DNA of 61,291 nt, filler included, from Diploschistes diacapsis (lineage: Eukaryota), in the NCBI GenBank assembly GCA_023645945.1. It is 4 parts of 4 records of this genome, joined end to end, with 100 filler letters (N's around TTAATTAATTAA, not from the genome) between each part and the next. Parts side by side here need not be neighbours in the genome. Positions count along the whole stretch, not along the records: positions 30,712 to 45,953 come from JALAIB010000563.1; positions 46,054 to 61,291 come from JALAIB010000564.1; 2 more parts are not named here. One strand, written 5' to 3'. The notes below the pieces were generated by a model. It had not been told where the DNA came from. It ran no database searches and saw only the letters and a program-made list of their open reading frames with translations. Shown here one piece after another: positions 34,440 to 46,446 of this stretch (position 1 is the stretch's first letter; each line of letters begins with the position of its first letter). Position numbers and translations under genes: made by a program.

Positions 34440-36283
34440 GCACCACGCATGTCTCTTACTCCTCATCTTCCGTGCGCGTTCTCTCGCCATGCTGTTGTCC
34501 ATTTCTTTGGCGAACACATTCAGACTGTAGCCTACTGGAAACCATATAGCGATCTCGCCACCGTCTTCGGAGGGACTTGAAGCCGGTGAGTCCCTTGCAT
34601 CTCAGGAGGCAATTGTCCGATTACAGCCAAACATCGAACTTGAAGTCGCGTATCAATGAATTGGTTTCCTATCCGCCATCTGTTAGGAATAAGCTCGCCG
34701 TTATTCATAAGATGTAGCAGATCCACCTCGGGCCAGGAATCGCATCTTGTTTCCGGGCGGGGTGTAGCAAGTGTAGCCATGTTCCCCTCAGAGCTGGCAT
34801 GTCGCGGACCAAAGAAGGCCAAGTTCTGTTGAACACATCGGACACATAATAAGAACAGCGAGGGCGTAATTCCAGCCGGGAGGGTCCTTCTCCTTTATAG
34901 ATCCTATATTCCTGAAGACTCAGCTCGATATCAATTATCGATAGCTGTAAACTAGGCCGGTGGGGACAGATATCCTTAAGTGCAGTGCAGCTGCCTCGTA
35001 CGAATTTGCGGTCTTTGGAGATAGTGTTCATGTAAGTAGAGGAGCCCCCTCTTGATAAACAACTCTAAATTGTTCGTGCAATCCATTATCGATCCAATGT
35101 GTAAAGCGGTGACTCCTCTACCTGAAGTTTGCGTAGATGTTGAAAATTTAACGCAACGCTTTGATACTCTGCGAACAACATATCAAACCAGCCATACTTC
35201 CTCCTCTGGCCCTTCCGTAAAGAAATTGGGGCTGTATCCCTTACTTACACCCGCTCGACGAAACACCCTCCTCTCGCCCCATTCATCTGCATAATCCTCA
35301 TCTGTTGCGGGGACCTGCTCGAGCAACAGCATGGCGCTCGTCCCAGCTTCAAGACATTACAGATTGGCTTCCACTCCCTATGGTACCACTATTTGCTCTT
35401 GCCTTGTCTTGATCGTGTGTCTGGCTTGATTTTCCTCGCTGCCGCTAGTTGCCAGCTGGGTATTAGGAATAGTGTAGTCAAGCTGCCCCAGAATTTCTTG
35501 CTTGAGCGTCTCGTAACTGAGTAGCTTTCCGCTCGTCATGTCCCGCGCGTGTACATCTTTGTCGATAACGGGCGCGAAAGTCGTATCTGCCCTCGTTCTT
35601 TTTGCCTTCCGTATCCTGTCCCTTTCCAGCTGTGAAGCTTTGGGCTGCGTTGCTTCCGCCACCAGCCCATTGTACCGTCTTCCATTCCACTCTCTCGCTT
35701 CTCGCCGAGATGAATCGTCGTATCCTGCCTTTGGCTCTCACAGCCTTCACGGACGCTCCGCGCTTCACCCGTTCTAATGCATCATCTCCCTTCCTCGTGA
35801 TTTCCATGGCTCATGCCCATACCTAAACAGCACTTCTAGTAGCGGAAAAATAACGAGGCTTCACCGAACCCCTCACCCAGCGCAATTTATTTAGTCTTCG
35901 TCCGAAGCGGTAGCTTGCCCAGCTCCAACCCGGCGCCAGGTCCCTTGGTGTTCTTTCCACGTCCCACGCATGCACGAAAGCCCACGCTCCATACTGGATC
36001 AGCAGCGAAGCTACCCCCCCCACAGATGCCGTTCGGGCCCCGGTTCCACGACGGCCGCGCTGTGTATGCCATGGAGGGTCTGGCGGACACGCACACGCGC
36101 CTGGGCGAGCTCGAGCCGAGCGCGGTGTGGCTGGAGAAGGCGGCGCACGACGCATGGGACCCGTGGAGGGGCGATGACGCGACGGTGCTCATTTTCGATA
36201 AGTTGGATCCTCTGCTGCGGAGGTGTGGGAGGGCGGAGGACGCGGATTGGTACTGGGGAGTGGTTTGTGCCGGCTTGTTTTGA
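34440..36283 (+). pseudogene. Possible disrupted gene; the last segment resembles a TPR-like helical C-terminus
   Basis: Only 35915-36283 (AVYAMEGLA...LGELEPSAVWLEKA...FDKL) looks protein-like. Upstream frames are broken by stops. The 5' boundary is a guess. Confidence 0.25.
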
Positions 36284-36658
36284 GGTCTGGGGAAATCCGG
36301 GACGGCTCAAGTGAGACTGGGGCTGGTTAATGAGATATGACTTTATGTTTTAATTATACGTAATAGTTATTGGTTTATTGCTTATAGGCATACCACACTA
36401 ACACTGAGCCCTCTTCTATCTTTCGTTTACTATATGACCCATAAACTTTCCGCGCCTAGGTACAACGAGTGAACGAGAATCGGAGTGTGTGAGAATGAGA
36501 GAGCGGAGGCTTTGCGGTTCGAAGCCTTATTGGAGCAAGAGGAGAGTTGTCAAAAGCCGCTTTTCAACGGAAATTGCAGAAAAGATATGAAAAGTAATAA
36601 ATGTATTTCCAAATACATGCACGCCACACTACACATCGCCCTTACACACGGTATGTCT

Positions 36659-37784
36659 TATTCTGCCTATTGTAAAATTGTGTAACATATTTAGTGGCGC
36701 CCTAGTGTGCATTCTGTTTAGTTCATTGTGGCTCTGTTAGGTACTTAGATCTCTATATAATTTTTATATAAATGTATGTTATTTATAGAAATACGTAGAA
36801 TTATATAGAATTAAAAATAAAATGAATTAAATTTAATGATTATTATGGTTATAAAAATTATATCGCAATAAAAAATAGATATTAAAATATTAAAAGATAT
36901 TTAAAATATTTTAAAAGTAGTTTAAAAGCGTGTTTTTAAGCTTTTTATAATCTTCTTTATACCGTATTTCTTCTTTTTCGTTTATTATATTTTTTTTTAT
37001 TTTATTATTACGTCGTTTACGTTTTTACGAATCGCGATAATTATATTATAAATAACGCGATCTTGCGTTATCTTTTTTTTTTTTATATTAATATTAAGAG
37101 TAATAAATCTCGATTCGATATCGTCGTTACGTTAATAACGGTAGCGATATTACGTAATATTTTTAAACGTTTTATTAAACGTTTAAAAATTGTTTACGTA
37201 TAATTAAAACGCGTTAAAATCTATTACGATTATCCGTAAAATATCCGCGACGATAAAGAAACGCGTTTTTCACGTTAGAAAATCCGTAAAAAAATTATAA
37301 AACCTTCCCGCAGCAGGTAGCGGCGGTAAAGGGAAACAAGAGCGAACGGGCGCGGCGGGCGCGGCGAACGCGGCGAGAGCAGGCGAGGTAAAAACGATAG
37401 AAGGAACGGAAAAAAGAACGAAAGAAAGAACGACATCTCTACGATCTAAAATAACGACGAAAATATTATAAAATATACGGTCTTTAAGATCCAGTTCGTC
37501 GTTATTATCGATATCAACGATCACGTTAAACGTAACCGTATCGGCGATAAGGGGCGTAAGGCGAATAAATAAAAAAATATTCATTATATTTAAAAAATAA
37601 TTAAAAAGATAAAATCAAAAATAATAAAAAAAGTATATAAATCGCGTAAAAAGTAAATAAATATAATTAAAAAAAGGAATAATTCCATAAGTACTTATAG
37701 CTGCAGACAAATTTGAGTGATTAAGAAAGTATTTATAGAATTATGGTATTCATCTTGTAATTTATGTGTATAGTAGGCAGAATA
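36659..37784. mobile_element. RIP-mutated transposon relic with imperfect terminal inverted repeats
   Basis: Very AT-rich, TpA-rich, depleted of CpA/TpG but retaining CpG. Bounded by TATTCTGCCTATTGTA (36659-36674) and TATAGTAGGCAGAATA (37769-37784), a 14/16 inverted match. Confidence 0.6.
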
Positions 37785-38431
37785 GCACTTGCCTTGCGAT
37801 GGGACAGTAGCAAAAAATGGGCATGTAAAAGTCTGCTCGCAGCTGCACGGGGAAACCTTAACTGGTTTCATTAATCGAATATTAACGGATTAATCTTGAT
37901 TTATTGAATCAAATATATACAGAAACTGCCATAAATAGTAGGGAAAAATAATAAAACTTTTGTCCCAAGTTTTATTTAAAAATTTATATGAAAACAGCTT
38001 AAAGCATATATAGAATTATTCAGTTTATTGGTCCTATTGATCGCCCGATTAATCGTTCAAAGGAGAGTAGGATCTGAGAGATTGTAACTTTGCCTAAACA
38101 AATCTCCCGTTACTAAAATTACCCACGCTGGAAAAGTCGAAGGAGTATCACTAGTCTAGTGTAATCTTTTTGGTCAGAATTGCATGAAGCTTCCTCACAA
38201 AACTTCTGCGCATCTATGAAAAGCAGATGCTAGACTTAGCAGCACTAATCTGGATATTTTCAATATCATCATTATAAGCTCGTGTAGGGATTTACTGCCT
38301 CCTGCAACTCATGATTGCACCGTGTAGAAAGCACGCAGTGAATGACCCAATCCTGGTTGGTAGGTCGTGGGAGAGAGGCTTTGCCAAGCTCAGCCTGACC
38401 GGGCCAGTCCATCCATCCTCAGCTCTTTACC

Positions 38432-41103
38432 ATGAACAACTATCAGCAAAGGGGCTCACCAGCTGCGAATCTCACTGCCACCTTCTATCCTGGACGTGAT
38501 GATGACTTCCAGATACCTGTCGTTGCACCTATACCACAGAGGTAAGTATATTCCTTACGCCACTATTCTGCATAGCTTCAAGTAAACCAGTCTCATATCT
38601 CTAGGTCCATGCACGAAGTGACGGGACAGATCCAAGAAGGGATAGAACACCTGAACTTTGATTCACGACCTGACACCGCTTCGCCTGGACTGCCTTCGCC
38701 TATAGTCATGGATCGACGCCAATATTCCTCAGGTCAGCAAGCTTCCGGTGCCTACGGTCAGGTCAATCCGGCACCGCGACCGGAATACGATGCACCAGCA
38801 CGTGTATCCCCCAAGCCACGGTCTCCGCATGCCACTCCTCAACCACGAGACGACGAGCCGACATTCTCACCGTTTCCCCAGATCCATAACCGTGCGCCCA
38901 CGGTGCCACCCTCGCCTGAAGAGAGAGAGCAGACCTTGGAGAGGGCCAGGCAGACTGTCTTGACGTCGAATGACCCTGAGATGCAAGTTACTTGGGCGCA
39001 GGATACCTTGACTTTCGTGGATACATCCATGGAAAATGAAGGTCGGATGGCCGAAACGGGCCGTGCTCGAGCACGCACTCCTCCAGTCGAACGTCAACTG
39101 CGCATCGACGCAATCAGTGTGGTTTCGTTCCTCGCAGACCAGCATCATCCCCATGCCGAATTCATGAGAGGGATATGGCTTGAGTTCGGGAAATTTGGTT
39201 TTGAGTGTGATAAGAGGGAGGCATACAGATGCTACTCAAGAGCAGCACAGAACGGATATGCTCGAGCTGAGTATCGCATGGGCATGCAATTTGAAAGTTC
39301 GAATGAGATAGATAAAGCGATCAAGCATTACAACCTTGGAATGCAGGGCCACGATGCAGCGTCGTTCTACGTAAGTCTCTCCATTTGCAAACCCGATATA
39401 GCTTCTGACATTGGGCAGCGCATGGGCATGATGACTTTACTTGGCCAGCATGGGCAGCCACAAGACATTCAAAGAGGGTTGGACTTCATTAGATTCTCCG
39501 CCGACAACGCCGATGAAAACGCGCCGCAAGGAGCATTTGTAAGGACAATCAAGTGAAAACCATGAAGAAGCTAATTCAGCAAAGGTCTACGGTATGTTAT
39601 ACAACAGGGAGCTTCCCCAGGTTTCGATACCTGATCATTTCCTGCCTTTGGACGTCAGCAAGGCGGCTTTCTATATTGAGAAAGCTGCTTATCTTGGCTT
39701 TGCGCGGGCCCAGGTCAAGATGGGGACTGCCTATGAACTCTCACAACTCAATTGCCCTTTTGAACCGGTGCATTCTCTACACTACAACGTTCTAGCTGCC
39801 AGACAGGGGGAGCCAGAGGCAGAAATGGCCATAAGTAAGTGGTATCTTAGTGGATACGAGGGCGTTTTCCAAAAGAACGAGGCTTTGGCCTACGAATATG
39901 CTCAGCGTGCGGCGCAAGCTGGATTTCCGACGGCGGAATTTGCCTTGGGGTACTTCAATGAAGTTGGCATTCATGTTCCAGTAAACCTCAGCGAGGCAAA
40001 AGTGTGGTATGGCAGAGCTGCAGAGCATGGCAACGACGATGCCAAGAGTCGAATCACCGGCATCAGCCGATCCAAAACGCTCTCTCGTAAAGACCACGAA
40101 AGAACTGCGCTTGCGAAGATCAACTCAACACGAGCAAGACCTCGCCAGAGACCTGAACGCTTCGGTGGTCATCCGACACAGGATCAGGTTGAGCAACAAA
40201 ACGTCGCAATGCCGCAGGTAGACAATTACATGTCGCCGAGTGGAGGCGACCAATACCAGACTTTCAACCAGAACCCATTTAACAGTCCGACTCAACCCTC
40301 CAATCCGTACGGCAATGGGCGTCCTTCTGCTTTGCCCACGTCTTCGGCAAGCTCAGGTCCTCGGCCCAATTACGGTGACCTAAATGCCATAGGCCGGCCA
40401 ACATCCTCGCCCAATACCTACGATAGGACCAACTCAACAGTATCGAGTATGAGTTCTGGTTCTTACGGTAACAACGGGCCTTCTCCAATGTCAGCTGGGC
40501 CAGGTCCAACATCTGTGCCTCCAATGAATCAACCTGGATTCAGGCAGAGCCCGCTTCCTCCAGGTTATCGGGTGAGCTCAAGTGGGTTACCATCCAGCCC
40601 TGCTGCGGGCAGACAGAACTACAACAACGCAACCAAACCTTTACCTGGCCCTATAGTCGATATAGGATTCAGCGCTCCACCAGATTTTTCTGGCGCAGAT
40701 AGGAGGAGAATTGCTTCCGGTCCGGCTTCTGGTCTAGGCGGTCCAGGTGGTCCTGGGACGAGACCGCTTACGGGAAGCGACCCTCGGCCGCAACGTTTGG
40801 GCCCTCCGTCTCGGCCTGAGAGCAGTATGTCCAGTCCTGGCTCGGTCCATCCACCGCGAACAGGGTCATTGCCCGTGCGACCCGGGTCTAAGGGACCCGG
40901 TGCTACACCTACACCTCCGCCGGCAAATCTGGGGGCCAAGCCACCGGGTCCGTCGCCACTAGCTGCACAAAAGCCTTCAAAGGGTCCATCGACATTTGAG
41001 CAGATGGGAATACCGCAAGCCAAGCAGGATAATGATTGCGTAAGTCGGAGCAGGTCCCTCGACGTGTCAGGCGTTGCTAACCCAGTTCAAGATTATCATG
41101 TGA
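38432..41103 (+). CDS. Chitin synthase activator (Chs4/Skt5-like Sel1-repeat protein) with C-terminal CaaX
   Basis: DPEMQVTWAQDTL, Sel1 repeats (RAEYRMG, RAQVKMG.AYE, EAEMAISKWYLSG, TAEFALGYFNEVG, AKVWYGRAAEHGN), GPSTFEQMGI, and spliced end DNDC/IIM*. Confidence 0.88.
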
Positions 41104-41414
41104 TATGCCCACTTGATGAGTTTCTTTGGATCAGGATGGTTACAAGAATAGTTATGATACCCGGCGGTCGAGCAAGGCCTATGTGCATACAGCTTGAGGA
41201 AGGGTAATATACAGCGAGTCCTAGCGAATGTGTATACCATATTGTCTCGTAATTTCTTTTAATCCTGTTTCTTCCGCCAGCCCTACGTGGCTTCTAGCGT
41301 CGGAAACTAAGCGAATCTTAAGCCCTATGCACTTCTATCGACCTGCTCTCATTGATTTATGCGCACCCAAAATTTATCATTACCTTCGACAGATTCTCCA
41401 TTCTTTGGGAAATC

Positions 41415-42431
41415 ATGGGTCCCAAAAAAGACAAGTCTGAAAAGAGCAGCGCCGAGACAGGTGGGAGAACCCGAGCCAACCTCATACAAGGTCATAGAAC
41501 TGAGCAGAGTAGGGAGCACATTGATACTCGAATACTTGAGTATGCAATAAGGATTGTGATATATGCCTGATGTCTATGCTAAATGCAGGATCAGAGGATC
41601 AAAAGTTTGTCTCGGCCTGGTTCAGTCGAAGCTCACGAGGCAAGCTAACGATGGTGAATCTTCTCAGCCGTCCTTACTCCGTAAGGCCTGCGAAGTCTCC
41701 CACGTGGAAGACCCAGCGTTGACTGCAACAAGGCTATCGAGATCTCAGCAAACTTGCACAACAAAGTTACCAAAGGCTCGCCATGCTCTATTTTGGGATT
41801 GGTGACATATTGATGTTGGTGAAGCTCAGGCGGTCAAGATCCTCAAGGAGCTCCAGGACCAGAGCCTCATCGCGGTGAAGGCTTCAGGTAACAGACGGCC
41901 TTGCCTTAAAGCACGGCTCCCGCTCATGCTTGTAGGGAAGGCATTGGTATACCATGCCCTGCAGGACCCCAGGGACAGCCTCACGGCCGAGGAACTTGCC
42001 TTGATGGATGAAGAAATATCGAACCTCCGGAAAGAGATTGCTGCAGCGAAGAACGAGGAGAAAGCCCTCAAGGGCCAACTCAATGCACTCAATGCTACTA
42101 TGTCTACGTCAGAGCTCAAAAGCGATATAGGTACGCTAGAGAAGGAGAAGGCAGAGCTCGCAGAAAGACTCTCGGGCCTGCAGGCTGGCACGACAGAGGC
42201 TATTTCGGCGGAAGAAAAGGCAGAGGTGGACAAGAGCTGGAAGCTGTGGAACTATAGGGCGGGTGCGAGAAAGAAGGCTTGCTTGGAGCTCTGGGGCACA
42301 GTCTGCGAGAACTTGCCAGAGGGGAAGACGAAGATGGAGCTATGGGTAAGGCAGCTGCTAGTCATAAGGTAGATTTGATACTAAGGCTAACCCCGCTGTA
42401 GGATGAACTCGGGCTGGAGCAGGATGAGTAA
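41415..42431 (+). CDS. HOP2: Hop2/TBPIP-family homologous-pairing protein, multi-exon
   Basis: MGPKKDKSEK start, EISANLHNKVTK winged-helix motif, GK.LVYHALQ, coiled coil, and end MELW/DELGLEQDE*. Confidence 0.75.
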
Positions 42432-43072
42432 GCTATACAGCCAGGATCCTTTGAGCTTTCAATTGGGATTCTACATTGCATCCAAAAAGCTTTGATCGGT
42501 CCCAGAACACGGGGGTTGCAGTGTCATCATGTCATACCTGATCACGTTCCCGCGTGTCTGTGTCTCTGTGTGGGTGTGTGGGTGTGACGACCCCTGCGCG
42601 TGACATGTCAGACGATTAACTCAAGATGGCGGCTCTTTTTGCATCTATTTAAAGTTGACTCATTGGAGGGAAGTGCCGCTTGTTTCCGCAATTTAGCTGG
42701 TGATCGTATCTGCTTACGAGTAAATAGGTACCTTTGATTGTACAGGTCAGAATCAGAGTGGACCGGGCTAAAATTCGAGCAAATATTAAGATAATATTAT
42801 AATATTAATAACATCATTTTTGCACTGAACTCGAACTTGAACTTGAATTTGACAGGGGCCAAGTGATCCCTGTTAAAACACGCACACGCACAATTCACCC
42901 GCAGACCTTTTAAAGCTTAAACCTCTTTTATCTGCATCCATACATACTTAGCATACTTTTTTCGCAACCTTAACTTGTATTCCCTTTCGCTACTTAATCT
43001 TAACCTATCCCATCCTCTTTTAATTCCTGCAGCTCTTTGGAAATCCAACTATCAACATACCTCTCCTGCTGC

Positions 43073-45033
43073 ATGGCGTTCCGTAACTCTCAGCAAGAAG
43101 GCCCCGCACAAGCACAAGCACAAGCACAAGCGCCCCTCCAGGACTTTCCACCTCTTGGAGCTAGCAGCCCGCCAGAACATGGGACCTGGCGCGGTAATGG
43201 TCATTCGTCGCAGAACAGTATGAACGGTGGACTCAACAGCATGAACACAATGTCTGCTGAATACAGACCTAACCCAACCACCTCCGGAAAAGCTATTCCC
43301 GCCGGGCCTCACCAAAATGCGCCAGCTTCATCATCCAGGACATTTGGCACAGGAGGAGCCTTTAACGGCCCCAGAAGCCCGCCGAACGCAAAAAGTATGA
43401 GCCGAGCTCACTGGCATTGTTCACAAGTTGAGACTAATGTGACTGGCTGCCAGACACCTCTCATGTCCCATGCAAGTTCTTCAAAATAGGTCAATGCCAG
43501 GCCGGCAACGCATGTCCCTTCTCTCATTCTACCGACGCTTCGAAATTCGAGCAGCCTTGCAAATACTTCTCAAAGGTGAAAAGGGCAAGCTCTGCCAGCA
43601 AGATTGTCGCTGATCTGCCGTAGGGCAATTGCAAGTTCGGTCAGAAATGTGCACTGCTACATATTCTACCAAATGGGCGCCTTATCAACAAGCCGCACCT
43701 CAACGTTCGGGACCTCAACATCGGCGGTCGAGTAGATCCCACGCTTTTTCAGAATCAAGAATCGGCGCGCGGAAACTCCTTGCTCACTCAACAGGTCGGC
43801 GGCATGCCTCAGCCTTTCAGCCACCAGATCCCGCACGTCCCAGAACACGATCAAGGTCCATCTGTTGCACCACGCTCTCAACCATATGATATTCCACAGA
43901 CTAGACCAGGTCTGGGAACGCCGAAAGAGGAGATGTATCAGGCCATGTCTCCTTTGCCTCATTTTACGACCCTCGATGCTCCCCTCCCGGCTTCATTCGA
44001 TAGTCAGGGCATATCCTACATGGCGCGACACGGCCCTGTTGCCGCTTCTATGCCTGGTAAGATTGGCGTCGAGTCTCCTCCATCATCGCTCCCGAAGAAC
44101 AGCGCCCTCACCTCGGAGGCTATTCGTGGCATGGCGGATGCCGCATATGCCAACGCGAACAAGGGTTTCAACCTCGGCTCCTCGCCCCTCGGTCCGTCCG
44201 GAGATATTATGAGTCAGCGCATTATGCACTCCTCGCGCTTCACCCGACCAAAGATGATGTCTGCCAGTCTGCCACGACAACTCGAAAAGGGTTGGGAGGA
44301 CGACCAAGTCTTGTTTGGTAACGAAGAGGAGTGGATTCCCGGTGGCTTGTCGGAGTTGATGACCCCAGAAGAAAGAAATAGAAGATCATCAGGAAAGGTC
44401 GAAAACCCGATGGCGATCAGAGAAAGCTTGACCGGCAACCATACTTCTGCCGATGTTTCGACAAGAATTGGTTCGCCCGGCCACGCTAGTCCTCTGCGCT
44501 ACTCCCCGTGGAACAAACCCAAGACGGATGATGAGCACAGCGGATATCCGAGCCCGAGCTTTGGCCCGGTCGGATCTCCGCTGCGTAACGCCACCCTGTA
44601 CCCAGGCTCGAGTCCCAGTCTGCGTGCTTCACGGGGCACTAGCGATCTTGCATTCAAAATATCCAGCCCCCCTCGCCAGTCTGCTACTTCTGTGCTCTCT
44701 CAGCAGCTTCAGCGCACCCGTCTCACTTCGCGGGCCTCCGAGTCCAGCGAAGCTTCGTCCTGTGGCCTCCACCCCACTCGTCACATTTCTAACCCTCGTT
44801 CCGCCTTCGATCGCGCGGTGTCTTCGTCGAGCGTCACGAACGAGCGCATCGATGAGGAGCAACCCGAGATGGTGTTCTCGCTTGACGATGAAGATTATGG
44901 AAGTGGCAGCAACACCAAATCCGGTGCCAACATCTGGGGACCAGCAGGCATAGCCCGTAGATCCAGCGGTCGACGGAGTGGCGCCGACAGGAAGGACGCG
45001 AACGGCACCAGGGAAAACGACGCCACCAAATGA
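43073..45033 (+). CDS. Tandem CCCH zinc-finger protein (Cps3/Scp3/Lee1-like)
   Basis: PRSPPNAK/TSHVPCKFFKIGQCQAGNACPFSH...PCKYFSK/GNCKFGQKCALLH, then LDAPLPASFDSQGIS and a Ser/Pro-rich tail. Confidence 0.88.
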
Positions 45034-45953
45034 TGATTTACCGTTCGAATTCTGCGGCCAAACTGTTTGGGAACTTTCCCACCCGACAACGAATTTTTGC
45101 ATTTACAAAGGGGCGCACGGCTTGACCACTTACTTAGCAGGCGCGGAGTTGGTGCTTCAAAAGCGAAATCATGCTGGCGGCGTTGTGGCTGGGACGACCC
45201 GATGGTACAAAGAATATTAATAACGATAGAACGACGGGCCTCACATACAGATCGAAGGTCCTTGCTTCTCTCGCGCAAGGGGGAAATAGATGACCCGCAT
45301 GGGATTCGGTAGGAGAGGCGGTCACATGTTTTACACTAGTGTCATCTTACTTGCTGCTTGGCGAGGTTTCATGGTGGCGCTTCTTCCGGGAGGCTGCTTG
45401 TTTACTTTCCCCGATGGCTTTGTTCAGATACCCCCTTTACGATATATCATGCTGGTTCCGGACCGGACGGGACGGGCTGGAGCGTGGGCCCTGTAGGATA
45501 GACACGGGGGCGGTGGTTTGTTCGAACAGGCTGTTGTAGCTATAGATGCGCGCAGACAATGCTGCAGTGCAAACCCATGACACGGGGAGTTTCCGACAAG
45601 CTCTGGTTCTGCGGTGTCGCTTTGCAATGACGGTGAAAAGTGTTCTCGCCGCGGCCCAACCGGTAGCTCTCTCGAATCCAAAGCTGATTAATGCCCACTT
45701 GAGCGTGTGCGCCTTTTTCTTTCTTTTTCAAATGCTATATCCACAAGCTCCCCAAACCCACCGCCTCTCTCTCTCTCTCTATCTCTCTCTCGCATTCTCT
45801 GACCACCGCTCTCAGAGCTAAAAGCCTTCGCTCCCCTTTTCCCCCTTCCGCCTCACCCATGTCCTTCCACACCCCTCCCCCTTCCTAAACAATAGTCTCC
45901 AACTCCCTCGCATACCCAATCGTATTCTCAATCACCCTCCCACTCCTCATCCC

Positions 45954-46053
45954 NNNNNNNNNNNNNNNNNNNNNNNNNNNNNNNNNNNNNNNNNNNNTTA
46001 ATTAATTAANNNNNNNNNNNNNNNNNNNNNNNNNNNNNNNNNNNNNNNNNNNN
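45954..46053. other. Artificial contig linker
   Basis: N44-TTAATTAATTAA-N44. Confidence 0.97.
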
Positions 46054-46446
46054 GGGGGATGTGGGGGAAAATGGAATGGGAGGGAACATGAAGGATGCAG
46101 GATGGCATATGTGGTAGGCTATAAGTTATTTGATGTCAGGTTTCTGAAATGGCGTGGTTCATGTAACCATGTTCCATTCCGGATGAGGATGTTCGCGTAA
46201 ATCGATGTATTTCAGTGTGCAACGGATGGCAATCAAGCATCATGCAATTTCATCTTATTGATCAAGTAGTCATTTTGCTCGAGTGACAAGTGCAGCGGGT
46301 CAAGGCCACTCTCCAACCTATCCGGAAAGGAGCTCGCATCTTCATGTGTTTTTTGTGCCCTCGGGTTTGATATTCCACGACTTTGTCAAGGATAAATTTC
46401 CCCTCGAGCTGTCCATCTACGGAGCTACTGAGCATATTTCGCCGTC

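Noticed and set aside
37270..37584. 104-aa ORF within the AT-rich block
   Set aside because: I/F/N-biased composition typical of RIP-degraded sequence. Not a functional gene.
42553..42587. TG-rich tract resembling a telomeric repeat
   Set aside because: Short, internal and not TTAGGG. A simple microsatellite-like sequence.
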